Source: Felis catus
Taxonomy: Eukaryota
Direction: 5' to 3'
Assembly: GCF_018350175.1 (NCBI RefSeq)
Contig: NC_058368.1
Location: 46,936,001-47,000,000 of the forward strand
DNA: 64,000 bases
Below the pieces are notes generated by a model. It ran no database searches, had not been told where the DNA came from, and was given only the letters and a program-made list of their open reading frames with translations. How positions within the stretch are numbered: the stretch's first letter is position 1; each line of letters starts with the position of its first letter. Position numbers and translations under genes: made by a program. Below are positions 37,344-51,070 of the stretch, piece by piece.

Positions 37344-39376
37344 AACTAAGGTCCTACTGAACTTTGTGAAATTGTCATTCTAATATTATATTTAAAAAGT
37401 TTTTCTCTAACTTGAGAGTTTTTATGTAAATTTTCATTTAATTTTTTTCTGCACTTTGAAAAAAAGCAGAATTTCTCTGGTTTGTTTTCGGTGCCATCTG
37501 TGTTATTAGCAAAGAAAAGCCAGCATAAGCTTAAAACAATGCAAGAGAAAACTATGTAAAATTAAGCTAAAACTGTCACAATGAAACTGCTAAATTTCAC
37601 AGAGATCAAATTCCAGTACACTGAAAATGTTTCTTGGGCCTGCCTAGAATTTCTCACCTCATTAGGTGTGAAAAACATAAATTGAGCACTAGGTTTTTTT
37701 TTTTCCAAATTTTGTCCATGATGAGAACAGTTGGGGAAGCTAAGCTCTCCATAGCCCTCAGATCTGGGATTTGGAGGAGAGGAAAGTGATTGAAGGCTGC
37801 ACTTTTTGCAGATTCTGGGCACTTGCTCAGTGACTGTTTTTGAATCTTCAAGTGGCTTATGAAATAATTAATTCATTCTCACATTTCCATTTCTTTCAAG
37901 AACACAAAATTAGCACTTTCTGTGTATTAAAAAAAAGAGGCAGATTGAGAGTCAAAATATCTGGTCAAACATAATATTCCAAGACTAGTTCCAAGGTCCA
38001 GAACTCGTGTTTTGTGAGTCAAACTATTCAACTCTAAGTACTACATTTCTTTAATAGTCCCCATCTTTAAATTCCAGGAATACGTCTTTCCTCGCCAGAC
38101 ATCTAGGTGGGATTTAGCTCTACGTGCATATTAATACATTCAATTTATAAAGGTTGAAATCTCTGACTCATTGCCCATCAAGTTAAAGTACAAATTCAAG
38201 ATTTTTAAGTACTTAATCTGTACCATGTAATGAGATTTATATTACATGTCGAAAAGAGAAGTGCACTTAGGATACAGTCCAAAATAAAACTACCTAGCAT
38301 AAGTGTGAATGTGTGTTTCCAAACTGTTTATTTTCCACACATTTTCCTCCAGTGTCTATAAATGGAACATCTTTTATTATCCCCTAATCCTATAGCACAA
38401 AATCTTACTGTCCTGCATAAAGTATCAAATTCTACATATATTACCTAAAAATGTACATCTTTTATAATGATGTTTAAGATTGTTTTGCATTTGCTATAAT
38501 TTAACTTAAAATGTTTCTCCTTACCTAAAAGAATGATAGAGACCACTGAATGTATTGAATGTGGGTATATTTGATACATATAACCATCACACATTTCCAT
38601 AGCAACTTGTACTTTTTTGCTACAAAAAGTGAAGTATGGATCAAAAGTGAGGAATCCAAAAGGTCATTTCAGCTTCCAATACCCAAAATATTTTATACTG
38701 TACCTCCTACCCACTGCCACCCTCAAAAGCAAAGGACTTTGAAGACTGAAATAATAAAGAGTAATTATAATGAATTATTATCTTAAGTTGAAAACTAAGA
38801 TATTTTATATTAGTGAGTGAGTTATAATTAACTCTGGTAAATGATACCAAAATGAGTATTTTAGCTTTCACTATTCTAGGCAAAAACCTGAAGGGAGAAA
38901 TCAATGTAATCATGCTTTCTTCCATAAAATAAAAAGAGGAATAAATCTCTGTTATTTCTCTAAAGTACAGTTTCTAATATATTTTGCTTAAAAAAGAAGA
39001 ACTGGCAAAGAGGAACCATCTCAATGATAGTATTTGTAGAGAAATGGTAACTTCCAGCCAATGAGGTTAACGCTGATAGATAATGTCCTATGGATATTTC
39101 AGAAGACACAGTATTGATCCACTGTCTGCTCATTTAACTAGAAGATAATAGTTTGGCTTCTCTGGGAGGATGAAACACTTAGAATTTGTAACTTTTCTCT
39201 AAATAAAAGCAATCTACTTTTATCAACTGGAAAAGAGTAGGAGAGGGAAAGGGGTGGGGAAGATGCACACTTCTTACCAACAGGGGAACAAACAATGAGA
39301 ACTAAACATTTATTACATAATTAATAACATACTAGAATTTGTGAGAGAGCACAAGGAATTATCGTCCTCACTGCAC

Positions 39377-39878
39377 TAGCAGTCCTCTCTTACCTGCAGG
39401 GAAATGTTCCAACGCCCCAGTGGATACCTGAAACCAGGGATGGTGTCAAACCTTTTATATGCTATGTTCTTACCTATATATACATGCATACATGCATACA
39501 TACAGACATACAGACATACCTATGATAAACTTGAATTGAAAAATTAGGCATCTAAGAGATTAACAACAATAACTTATAATAAGATAGAACAATTATAGCA
39601 ATATACACACCATAATAAAAGTTATGTGACTGTGGTCTCTCTCTCTCCCATTGTACTGTACTCACGCTTCTTGTTTTGATGGGAGATGATGAAATGCCTA
39701 CATGATGAGATGAGGTGAGGGGAATGGTGTAGGTGTTGAGATGTAGTGTTAGACCATTGACCTTCTGACCATACCTTAGAAGAAGAACCATCTGCTTTGA
39801 AACTTCTGTTGACCAGGGGGGTTACCTGAGACCAGAGAAAACAAAAGAAACAATGTGGCTGGCGGCTGGGGACTGCTG
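39377..39878 (-). mobile_element. MER44/Tigger7-like DNA transposon relic
   Basis: Degenerate TIRs agcagtcctctctta / ggggactgctg followed by TA. Internal cccagtggatacctgaaacc and taagagattaacaacaataa. Confidence 0.8.
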
Positions 39879-40194
39879 TAAAGGGAAGGAAGCACAAAAC
39901 CAAGACTATAGAATACTGAGAATGCATCCTATCAGTGTGAGCTGGGGCCTTTTTCCCAGCAACAGTCAAGCAAGGGCTCTGGCCTCCGTTAGGAGTCTTA
40001 ATGAAAGGGTGTTACTAAACCTGAAATCCTGGTGAAGAAGGTAAGATAGGAACTGAAATATTTTATCATCATTTCAAAGGTCTATTAGTAAAATGCAATG
40101 TTGAGAACAGAAACAGAAACACATCATGTCATATTTTTGCTTGCTCAAAATTATATATGTAATGAAAAGTACATCTTTCATCAGAAATACTCAC

Positions 40195-40472
40195 CTTCTT
40201 GAGATATACATGTAACTGAATCCCCTTGGTTGGAAGGGCCAGCAAGGGATGTATGTAGCCATTTATACAAACTCTCAAAGCACCAATGTCTCAGGGACAT
40301 TGTGTTCAAATGATAGCTGCCATTTTGGAGCCCTTCCTTCCCTAATGTCTTTTGTGCAGGGGAAATGGTCATTGAAATAAGGAAAGTTGCACTTATCTCT
40401 TTAGGCATGCAGATTGAGTTCAAGGACAATTTTCCAGTGCAACCTGGTAAATGTTGACTGACAAAGTACAAC
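40195..40472 (-). other. Putative internal exon (278 nt, one fully open frame), coding status unknown
   Basis: Acceptor ttttctttattttAG|g and donor aag|GTGAGT. 92 uninterrupted codons LYFVSQHLPG...VTCISQE. Ends in phase 1, matching exon 1398-1526. Confidence 0.45.
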
Positions 40473-40947
40473 CTAAAATAAAGAAAACTTGCCTCAATCT
40501 TTTTGGTTTGACCTATATATGCAATCTGTTAAAATGTGTTGGATTTCATACTTAACATTTCAATTTTTAGCTTGCTAGACCTTTTAAGAAGACAGCCTCG
40601 TTGTCTTCAGAGGGCAGAGTGAATAAACCACAGTCAACCCTGTAGCAAGAGACATAGGACTCCTCTCTTGGGTATGTGTTTGAGTTTGAATGACCAGCCA
40701 CGTAGGCAGGCCATTCTGATATAATCCAGTCACCGTCTTCCCACTTTACCCACAATGGTTTCATGACAAATTTTCAAATATACTCTACAACACTTAGCTT
40801 CATTTCTCAATCTAGCAACACCATCTGGAAGAAAATGGGAATAACATGGTTTTGAATCCACATTTCTCTGTTCACCAACTATTTTAGAATACTAGTAGCA
40901 ACAAAGAGTAAATTATCAATTATAGATTTAAAAATATATCCTTCTCA

Positions 40948-41178
40948 GGGTGCCTGGGTGACTCAGTTGGTTGAGCATTGGACTCTTGATTTCAGCCCAG
41001 GTCATGATCACAGAGTCATGGGATCATGCCCTGTGTCAGGCTCCCTGCTGAGTGTAGAGCCTGCTTAAGGTTCTTCCTCTTTCTTTCTCTCTCTGTCTCT
41101 CTCCTTCTCTTCCCCTCTGCCCCTCTCCCCTGCTTGCAGGGTCTCTCTCTAAGATAAAATCAAATATATACATGTATA
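40948..41178 (+). mobile_element. CAN-SINE (older type)
   Basis: Head gggtgcctgggtgactcagttggttgagc. TSD atatatccttctc. Confidence 0.9.
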
Positions 41179-41947
41179 TATATATCCTTCTCTTTTTCCA
41201 AAAATATAATTTCTCATCTATAATCTTCTAACTTCTTATTTTCTTAAAGATTATTGACAGTAACATTGAGACCAACCTACAAATCCCTTAGACCTCAGGA
41301 AATAATGATGCAACTTAGATCAGGTGAGGCATGATGCAGGAATGCAGAAGTATTTTATCCCTAAAGTGGTGCCATCAGGACCCCTGTAAAGCATATTATA
41401 TGGCAATGCCTTCCCTTAAGTCTATCTAACAAGTTTATGACTTAAAACATACTCCAGGGGAGATATGTCTTCACTGCACTCTCTGAGTTCACCTCTTTGC
41501 CAGCTTCTCTGTTCAATGTCTGTGAAGAGGTGGTCATCATGGCATATGTTAAAGCACCCTTTAAGGGTGTTATAACTCTAAGATTAATTCCCAGACACAG
41601 AGGCAGAATTGCTTGCAGGTATACAAACCTAGACAATACCTGGTTGACTATGTTCATATGTCTTAAGAAAAAAATAAATACACAAAGTGGGGTCAGCCTC
41701 AGATATTAAGTGACAGAGATGAGCACTGATATCACTCATATTGGGGTGCCCAGGACATAGAAGGATTTCACCACTTGGAATTAATCACCAGGGAGGGTTC
41801 CTTTCTTCTCATCACACAGATGTCTCAACTAGGAAAATAGAACACCAACTTGACATTGTTTCTGTTTCATGCTCATCAAGAGAAACTTCTGATGATTTTG
41901 TATCCCAAGTAATTTTTCTACTAACACACCCACACCTACCCCCCCAA

Positions 41948-42004
41948 CATACATATATACACACACACACATACACACACACACACATATATACACACAC
42001 ACAC

Positions 42005-42086
<82 letters not shown>
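41948..42086. repeat. Compound (CA)n/(TA)n microsatellite
   Basis: Direct reading; source of the HT/CV repeat ORFs. Confidence 0.95.
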
Positions 42087-42087
<1 letters not shown>

Positions 42088-42312
42088 AAGCATGGTTCTA
42101 AGTGCTAAGTATGAATTTGTTTAATTCTCACAACAATCCTATGAAGTAGGAATAGCCACAATTCCTTCTCTCTTTCTGTTAAACTTTTGAAAATGCACAC
42201 ATCATTCTTTAAGCAGGAAGTTTGGTCTCTTCTTTGTGGCCTCCTTGACTTCTGAATGTCAAATCAACCTGATCAAGAACTGGGCCTAAAGTGAGTCAAT
42301 CTGCTTTTTTTT

Positions 42313-42526
42313 AAGCATTTATTTATTTTATATTTAAAAAGAGAGAAACAGCGCTCGTGTGCAAGAAGGGTAGGGGCAGAGAAAGGGGGAGAGAGAGAAT
42401 CCCAAGCAGGCTCCACGTTGCCAGCACAGAGCCCGACACAGGGCCCGATCCCACAAACTGTGAGTTCGTGACCTGAGTCGAAACCAAGAGTCAGACGCTT
42501 AACTGATGGAGCCACCCAGGTGCCCA
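42313..42526 (-). mobile_element. CAN-SINE (SINEC)
   Basis: Canonical body. TSD gtcaatct(g/a)cttttt. Confidence 0.95.
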
Positions 42527-43499
42527 GGTCAATCTACTTTTTAAACCCATCTAATAAAACAAAACCAAGAACACCAGAGAAGCTGTTCAGTTCACTCTTG
42601 CTCCTGTTTCTCACTTCCATCCTTGTTGAGAATTAGTCATGTACACTCTCACGCTTTCCATTATTGCTCTGGGCCTCAAGCTATACTGAGTTTACATTCG
42701 TATTTGTAGGTGTCTTCCTGTGAGAACAATATAATGCCAAGAGCTCTTAGTCTTCAGGGTCCTTGGCCTCAGCCACACAGCATCAGGTCTGCCTCCCCTC
42801 TGAACACTTATATCCTTGGGTTCTGCTCAGATCACTGCATTAAAGTTTTTGTTAGGGGTCATTAGTATCTTCTTTCTACAGCTTGAATATTAGCCACTCT
42901 AGTTCACCTTAATGGGTTTCTCTAACTTTGAACCCCAGAAATCAGGAATTTGAGGTCTCGGTCTCTTAACTTTCCAGATGTTTCCTGGAGTTCAGTTGCA
43001 AATTGTTTTCTTTTTTTTTTCCTCTCCATTCTTAGCATGTCAAGTGGTATCATGTTAGGATGTAACTTTATTAGAATACAGAAGATTCAGTCATACTTTT
43101 TCCAGGTATAATGGGTGAAATAGGATCTATACGTAATTAGAAGTCTGCATAGTATGACTTCTATGAAAAAGATAGATGACTTTGCTAAATCCCTCTTGAC
43201 CAGGAATGTCTGGAATTATTCAGTTTTATGTAAATTTGTATATGATCACCTTTACATATACTTATTATATTTAATTAATTAATGACTTCTTTTAATTTCC
43301 CCCTAAGAAATATATCCACTTTTTGTGCGCTAGTATGACTGATATAGGCCAAGGTGAAGGACCAAAACTAGAGTAATGCTGAATTGAACAGAAATTGCCA
43401 CTGAGCATTCATACTGAGCCACCTGTTTGAGTGTTCTACGCTGCCTCTTCCCTCAAGCTTTATAAAACGCATGCTGCCCACCTTATTTTAGTCACTCTT

Positions 43500-44610
43500 C
43501 CTCTCTCTCCCTTCGGCCTGGTTTACTTTCACTCATTCTGAAGATCTAAGCTGGACACCATCTCCTTTCCTCAAGTCAGGGAACATGATTTCTTTTTTTG
43601 CGGTTGAATCTCTACTACCTAGCATGTTATCTGGCGCATAGTAAATGATAAATAAATAATGTTGAATAAGTTAATGATCTGCAAGATGGCAACCAGATTC
43701 CCCAAGTGACCCAGCTGTGTCTACCCAAGATCAAACTCTCTCATCTTTCTCAAAATGCATTTTCCTTCCATACTTCTCTATCAAGAGACACAATATTCTC
43801 CTTGTCACTCTGAACCAAAACCTTCCCATCACCTTTGGTATATCCCTCCCTTTCATCACCTACTCCATTTACTTAAAAATGTCTGATTCTTCCTTTATGA
43901 TTCCTTTTGGATTCTGCCTTGCTCCATTCTGACTGTGCCATTTTGCCCTTATGATCTAATATATGAATTACTGCAATCATCTCTTAAATAGTCACCCTGG
44001 TTTCAAATTCCACCAACATTCCAAATGATCTTAAATATCACAGCTAGACTAATGTTCCTAAAATACCACCTTCATTATGTCACTCATTTGTCTACTAAAT
44101 CAGGAAAAAATGTCCCTATCTTTTTTAAGAACCTTCATAATTGGACCCATGCTAAGTCTTCAAATTACTCTCCATTTACACTTTTTGCTCTAATCAAAGA
44201 AAATTCTTCACTGCCCCAATAGACAGAGATCTAGTCTCACTTCTCCTCCATATTGTAATATGAGTTACATACTATATATTTGCCCTATGTTTTAATATGT
44301 ATAATGGTTGTCCCAAATTGTAATATGTATAATCCATACATAACATATCATCCAAGGCTAAGCTCCAATGCCAGTGCCTACATGAAGACATCTGTCACTA
44401 AATCATGGGAATCTCTTGGTTATCTCAGTACCCTTATTTTTTAAAAATCACCATTTTCTACCTCAATTTTTCTGCATTTAGTTATAGATGATCCTTAATG
44501 CTTTTCTGATTACTACACGTGATCTAGACATTACTTCCTTATATCAGCCAGCGTCTTGAATCACTAGTACAATATTGCACACAGTAGGTGTTCCACAGAT
44601 TCTTGGAACT
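43500..44610 (+). mobile_element. L2 LINE fragments
   Basis: Two L2 3'-end-like segments (cctagcatgttatctggcgcatagtaa; cacacagtaggtgttc) with L2-like internal sequence between them. Confidence 0.55.
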
Positions 44611-47600
44611 GTGCTTGCTAATTCAGCAAATACTCATTAGAGTAACCACTATATACCAGGCATTGAGGATATAGCAGAAAAGAAAACAAAGCTTATAGCT
44701 AACGGTGGGGATTGAAAATAGAAAAAAATCTTTCAGGTAGCAGTAAGTATGTGGATTGCATATTAACATGATCGTATTTACATTAAATCACAGTGCCTTA
44801 CAAATACAAATGGAAGCCTCTTCCATTTCATTATACTTGAAAATTTCTACCTCTTCTCACTGTTTAACCCAAAACCAGCTTTTACTTCCAATGCTTTTTA
44901 GACATGGGTTAGTTCCTTATTTTTCCAAATAAACTTTAGTGAGACTTAATGTCTTCAAACTCAGAATCGTACTGAAATATTATTTTTAAGAATTAATTAT
45001 AATTGAACATATGCCAAAGGTACATAAAGAAAAAAAGCGTTGGCATGCTACTCTGCCAGAATAGAAATAGATTTTGGACTCAATTCAGTTTCTAGTAAAT
45101 TAATGTCCAAAAGCACACTGGAGCAAATGTGCACACGTTTGTAATCTCAGCAAAGAGGCCAGGGTGCACATGGACTCTAGATTTCATCTCTCCTTTTTCC
45201 AGAAAATTATCTCCTCTGTAGTCTCTGTATGTTTACCCATCATGATCTCTGTGATGCTTCCTAAAGCCCATTCTTTTAAATAACTCTGTGTATATGAATT
45301 AGGAGTGTGCAGTTTTATTGTTTTTTCTGATAAGGGACATATTTTACCCCTTCCTGTATAATGAAAGCAAGGCACAACGTGTTCAGCTAATTTGTCTCCA
45401 TAAGGACCTGCAGTGTGGTATCCACTGAATTATTGACATTGATCAGAAGAGTCATTGTTGTGTATATAAATACATTCACTGCATCTCGTGAAGTCACGAC
45501 TCTGTGCCAGGCATTGTACTAACTCTGAAGATGCTGACATTAAACGTTATGATTCTTGCTCTGGGCGAGTTCACAGTCCGGCGAGGATGGCAGGTCTCAC
45601 AAATGATCGACTATGGGGTTGGTTGGCTGATATGAACAGTACTAGAAATACAAACAGCTTCACTTTCAAGGAATTTTAGAACTGAAAGAAACCTCAGCTC
45701 ACTGACTCCACCCAAGTGAGAGAAAAGAGGTCCACACATCCAATTTTCGCCTAAAGGGGAGCTGGAAACCAGGTCTCCTGAGACCGGGAAGATGCTCGCG
45801 GTGCTCCCGCTTTTTCATCCAGCCATTTGCCGAAAGGTCCTTTGGTTTCTGAGACCAAACGGTTGGCACAATCAACAGATCAGTTCAGATGTATAAAACA
45901 AGCTTTAAAATGTATTAAAACAGTAACACAAATTATTTTTAGTTAATATCTCACAAAGCATGATGATAAATATTGTTGCTTGATATGTGAGATGCATTCC
46001 ATTCTTGTCTAATTTCCTGACTCCTTTCACTGTCATGGTTTTTGCAATTTATTAAATTAACTTCAGGGTTTAGTTCATACTGAACCATCTCCAAATTCTG
46101 TGACCCAGGGAAAGATATAGGAGTGGCTGTATATTAAACTACTGTTGGTAAAACAAACAATTGTTCTTTGCTCATGAAAAAAATGCAAACTCTTCTGGTG
46201 TTACCCAAACGTACAAGATTCTTATCCTATGAGTTTTTTGTTCTCAGCCTATTTCTGCATATGTATTGAATGTGTTAGGTTTTTTTCTTTTATAATTGCC
46301 TATGCTATCCAAAACCTTGTCTGTATGTGAGTGACTCTCATATAAGCGCATATGCGTATTGTGTGTGCTTTCAAGATCCAACTTCACAAGTTCGTCAGGA
46401 GTTTGTGTTAATGTTTTATGAGAAAATCAGGAATAAATTGGACTTTCCTAAAGATAACTATTGCAATACTGTATTGGATTTATTAAAGCAATTTTGTTAA
46501 TGCTTCTTTTCAGAAAACACTCATGCTTTCTGATAACTTCTATGCTTACCTTTTAATGAAGACTATTTTAAGATGATTGCTTCCGATTTTAGCCACTCAG
46601 CCTCTTACGCATTCTTAAGGTCTATGTAACATTTCAAAAAAGCCTCGCAAAAATAAATGTTTATTTGGCAGCAATCACATCAAAAAATATTTTACAGTAA
46701 AGGAGGAATGCCACTTTTTCAGGAAATACAAATATGTGTTAAATAATAGTACCGATTATTAGATTTACAAAGAAATGGCACTTTAAAAAAATAATTATGT
46801 ATTTCGAAGGATGTTTTGAAGATAAACTAAAACTACAGAAATTAGTTTAATATCCTATTAATTCAAATCAAGTGTCTTCTTCTTGTGAAATATCCAGATA
46901 ACTGGGTAATTTAAAGGAAGTTTTTAAATCACCTGGGAAATTGTCTCAATCTTCTACCTCAACAGTCTGTTTCACTTTGCAGATTAGTCTTTCAAAAAAA
47001 AAAAAACAACTATTTCCTTCTATCACTCCTTTTGGGTCATTGTCAGTTCCCTGTGGAGCTGTAAGATTAAAGGTATGTAGAATGTGCAAGGAGATCCCAA
47101 CTTTTAAATAAATCTGATTTCCAGATGATTTCCTGTTTTAATCAGGTCATTACCACATGAAACCTTGAATTCTGTTTTCCCAAGCCATGGAAAATGGAGT
47201 CCTGAATAATTTCCAAGATAACTTCTACGTGTCATCTTTATATTGTTTCAATAAACTGAAGCTTCCTTAAACACAATCAGGAAGAATATTGCTAAAGCAT
47301 TGTTTTACTCTTATCAATTCTGTTTAAAATCCTCAATTTATGAAAACCTTAAAACACTTGCTCTCAACATCTACTTTCTGTTCATTGGGACAGAACAGCA
47401 GTCATTTTGAAGCCACGGGCACATCTGTAACTCTATAAGCCATATGATAATAAGTGTATACTTCGGAAAGTAATATTTGAAGAGTAAAAAAAAATCATAG
47501 TTTATCTGACCTGCGTATAAAACCATTCAAGTATACTACATTTATCATATTAAAAATGCATCATTAAAATTTAAAAGCAGGTGCAGTTGCTCAATAAGCT

Positions 47601-49797
47601 AATGGTATAGTCTGAAGACTCCAGTCAAGATTGTATTGTTGAATTCCCAGTTGGATAAAGGAGAAAGAGAAAGAGGGAGGGGGTTTGAATGACCTTGCAC
47701 CAAGGTGGTAGGGCCCTAAGACACTATGCTGTAGGCTGTGGTTGAGCTCCACTCGGAGGATCTTTACTGCACTGCATTCTGCCAGCAGAGAATTAAAGTG
47801 CCCCTCTAAACAGATCAGCTTGAAATCGCTTCACCCCAGAGCGGAAACCTCTGTGAGTCTCCACAGGCGTGTGAATATGAGCACATATTTGTATTTAGGG
47901 GGTGAATTTATGGGCTGTTTGCCTGTGTGCACCAATGACTCAGTGCTTGTCAGAGAACATGTTGGGGAAAATGGCATTAAAGATTTAACGAGAAAAAAAA
48001 CTAGTGGAAGAAAATTTAACCTTTGTAAGAGTCATGTCGATCTAGAAACTATTAAATGATCACCCTTATTACTGGTTGGCTATTCACCTCACATCATCTT
48101 GGGAAGAGCTAGACAAGATTCCTGAAATCTATTAATTACTTTCCATTAGCAAATATGAACTCAGCAAAATCCTATTCATTCATTAAATATGTTTAGAATT
48201 TTAAACTGAAATATCTAAATCTGTATACCTAATCCCCGATTGGATAAATCTAACTTGTGAAATCGTTTTTAAATATGAGTTAATGGCAAACTTACTTGAT
48301 TGTTTTCTATAATTATTTTTGAATGAATTGTGCACATTTAAATTTACTACAGTTAACATTTCTACTCATTGGTAAAGAAAACAACATAAGTAATGATAAA
48401 TGCAATTTTCACTTAAGATATTTTACAGAAGGGGCAGGCCCAGAGTAGAAATTAAAAAGGTAGAGATAAAAGTAAAATAGTCAGCAATTGCCTTCTCACT
48501 CCTTGGGGCATTCTTTTTAAAGTGGTGGCCATGACATAAAATTAGTTGGTATATCTGTGTGGGGCTTGGGGGGATGATACTTTCTTTGGCAGATATTTTA
48601 AATATTTTGTGGGAAAAAATGCCCCATTCCCCTATCTCTAGTATAAATACCATGGTATATAAGTCTAATCTGTAAACCATAAAAAGAAATAAATCTGCTT
48701 ACATTTTTTTTTGCAGTAGTAGAACATTTTTGGCTTTCAGTAACTATCCTCGATTATTAAAAATAAGGAGACCAAAAAAATAAAACAAAACAAAAACAAA
48801 TAAGGAAAGTACATAAAAATATTTGCTAAATTACAATGTTAGCCAAACTGTCAGAAATATTTTTCACTTTTGGATAAATCAGTTTGGATAAATCACTTTA
48901 GAATCCAGAATACTATAATAGTCTTTCAGGGTCAAAAGCCTTAAAAATCTAAAATCCTTATGCATTATTTAAAGCAAACCTTCTATTTCTCCAGGTAATT
49001 TCATACTATTTTTTTAATTTGTTGTTTCAGTTTTTACTGGTTTGGGAATTGCTTCCCTTCCTTCTCATCTATCATATTTTCTTGATCTTTGCACATTTCT
49101 CTTCTTCTGGTTATTCTCCTTAAGTAATTATTCACTTGCCTTTATAAGCTGATCAATAGCCCACTGTGAGATAATTTACGGGTCTTGAGAAATATCTATC
49201 CATGTGTATACTTTTTTAATGTGATAGATTTAAGAGATATGCAGCTTGAAAGATAATCTTCAGCAGATGCATTTTATATTAAACATTAGCGCTGCTTGCT
49301 TTCTGACACCGAATACCCCGCCTCGACCTTAACACCATTTTCGCTACCACCAAACTTGCATCTACCTCTGCATGCCTCACAAATGCTAAAATGTTCCCCA
49401 ATTGTGCTCTCAAAAAATCGTGTAGGTTTCATAAAATTTGCGGTTTTTTAAAAAGGCAAATGTATTGCCAGATGTGGAAAGTTAGAAAGAAATGAATCGT
49501 TCTAGTCCAATGAGATATTTTTGTTGATTATTGTACTTTGTCAGTAGGGATTAAGTTCTGAAAGGTTCACAATAATTCATGACTACTAACCTTACCCATA
49601 AGACAATATTTTCACAAAAGGAGAATGGGTGGAACGAACTAAGTATCCATTCATTAACTTAACTTTGCTGTTTATTTAATAAATTCTCCTTTAGCATTTT
49701 CGACGTGCCTGACGCTAATAGGCACTTACTGCCATACACAATCCTAGCAGGTAAGAGAAGCCTGGAGATTTTCGTTTGGGATTTTGAAGTACATTTT

Positions 49798-50104
49798 TAT
49801 TTTTATTTTTATTTTTTTTAATTTTTTTTTTCAACGTTTATTTATTTTTGGGACAGAGAGAGACAGAGCATAAACGGGCGAGGGGCAGAGAGAGAGGGAG
49901 ACACAGAATCGGAAACAGGCTCCAGGCTCTGAGCCATCAGCCCAGAGCCCGACGCGGGGCTCGAACTCACGGACCGTGAGATCGTGACCTGGCTGAAGTC
50001 GGACGCTTAACCGACTGTGCCACCCAGGCGCCCCTTTATTTTTATTTTTAAAAAGTTTTTAAATGTTTATTTGAGAGAGAAAAAGAGAGAGACAGGGGAG
50101 GGGC

Positions 50105-50136
<32 letters not shown>

Positions 50137-50270
50137 GATCTGAAGTGGGCTCTGTACTGACAGCAGAGAGACCAACATGGGGCTCGAACCCACGAACTGT
50201 GAGATATTAACATGGCCTGAGCCGAAATCGACATTCAACCACTGAGCCACCTGAGCCACCCAGGCGCTCC
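49798..50270 (-). mobile_element. CAN-SINE hosting a younger SINE in its tail
   Basis: Head caggcgctcc ends at 50270. Outer TSD tgaagta(c/a)atttt at 49785-49797 and 50271-50283. Confidence 0.9.
49815..50034 (-). mobile_element. Young feline CAN-SINE (SINEC_Fc-like), nested
   Basis: CpG-rich, with the same diagnostic motifs as the 14448 copy (gatcgtgacctggctgaagtcgg, aatcggaaacaggc). Flanked by tttatttttatttt repeats. Confidence 0.95.
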
Positions 50271-50599
50271 TGAAGTAAATTTTAAAAAGGCGCTCTTCAC
50301 AGAGGTGTGGGCAAGGTTAAGAAAAAACAACAATGGATTTCTCAGGGCTCCTGTAGCCGTGAGGGCACGAGGAGGGGATGCCTCCACACTGGGGCTCTGG
50401 CCTGTAACCTCAACAACAATGAAGGCACATCTGCCTCACTTCCTCTGCCCCCCACCATCTCCTGCCTGTGCTTCCCATAGACTGGGCTCCAGCGAAACTG
50501 GAAAGGAGGAGCCCAGGTGATGGAGCCTGTAAGGGTCAGCTTTCAGGGGCACAGAGCACAAAGAAAAGCAGAAAATAGAAAGTCGGAGTTGGCAACAAA

Positions 50600-51070
50600 A
50601 TAGCCAGAATGGTGCTGAAGATAGGACATGAATAATAAAAGGGGCTCACAGATGGGCCAGATAGTTGGATATGTAAATAAATATAAGCAAATAATTTCCA
50701 TATTGTGTGAGAGTGCTCTCCGGGAAGAAATTTCTTAGTAGTGACTAAGACTTAGTAGTGACACAAAGCAGGAATTCATTTCCACCCACTGGGTCCGTGT
50801 AAGCTTTACTGAGAGTCAAAGCAACCAGACCTCCGGGCACACTGAGCAGAGAACACCAGCATTGAAGGCGTAGGCAAAGGATTGAGTAAGACAAAAAGCA
50901 AGACAGAAAAGTGACAGAGGCAAGAGGAGAGGCAAGAGGAATTATTCTCACTGCTGCTAAACAAGAACAGAATTTCAAATAAGGACAGAGAAACGTCATC
51001 AAATATCACAGATGGGATCAGAAAAGAGTCTTTGAGCTTTGGGGATCTGGGAGTCATTGACAAACTTTTT
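50600..51070 (-). mobile_element. L2 fragments
   Basis: Purine-rich L2 reverse-complement motifs (catcaaatatcacaga...ggagtcattgac). Confidence 0.5.

Noticed and set aside
40567..40764. 65-aa ORF MKPLWVKWEDGDW...
   Set aside because: Short, no homology recognised, and not bounded by compatible splice sites.
45946..45994. Imperfect hairpin atctcaca...tgtgagat as a possible pre-miRNA
   Set aside because: The stem is too short and bulged, and it matches no miRNA I recall.
50733..50762. Short palindrome plus 12-bp direct repeat; similar micro-duplications at ~6226, ~25558 and ~54897-54973
   Set aside because: Ordinary slippage or repair micro-duplications, not an array; no CRISPR-like repeat-spacer periodicity.
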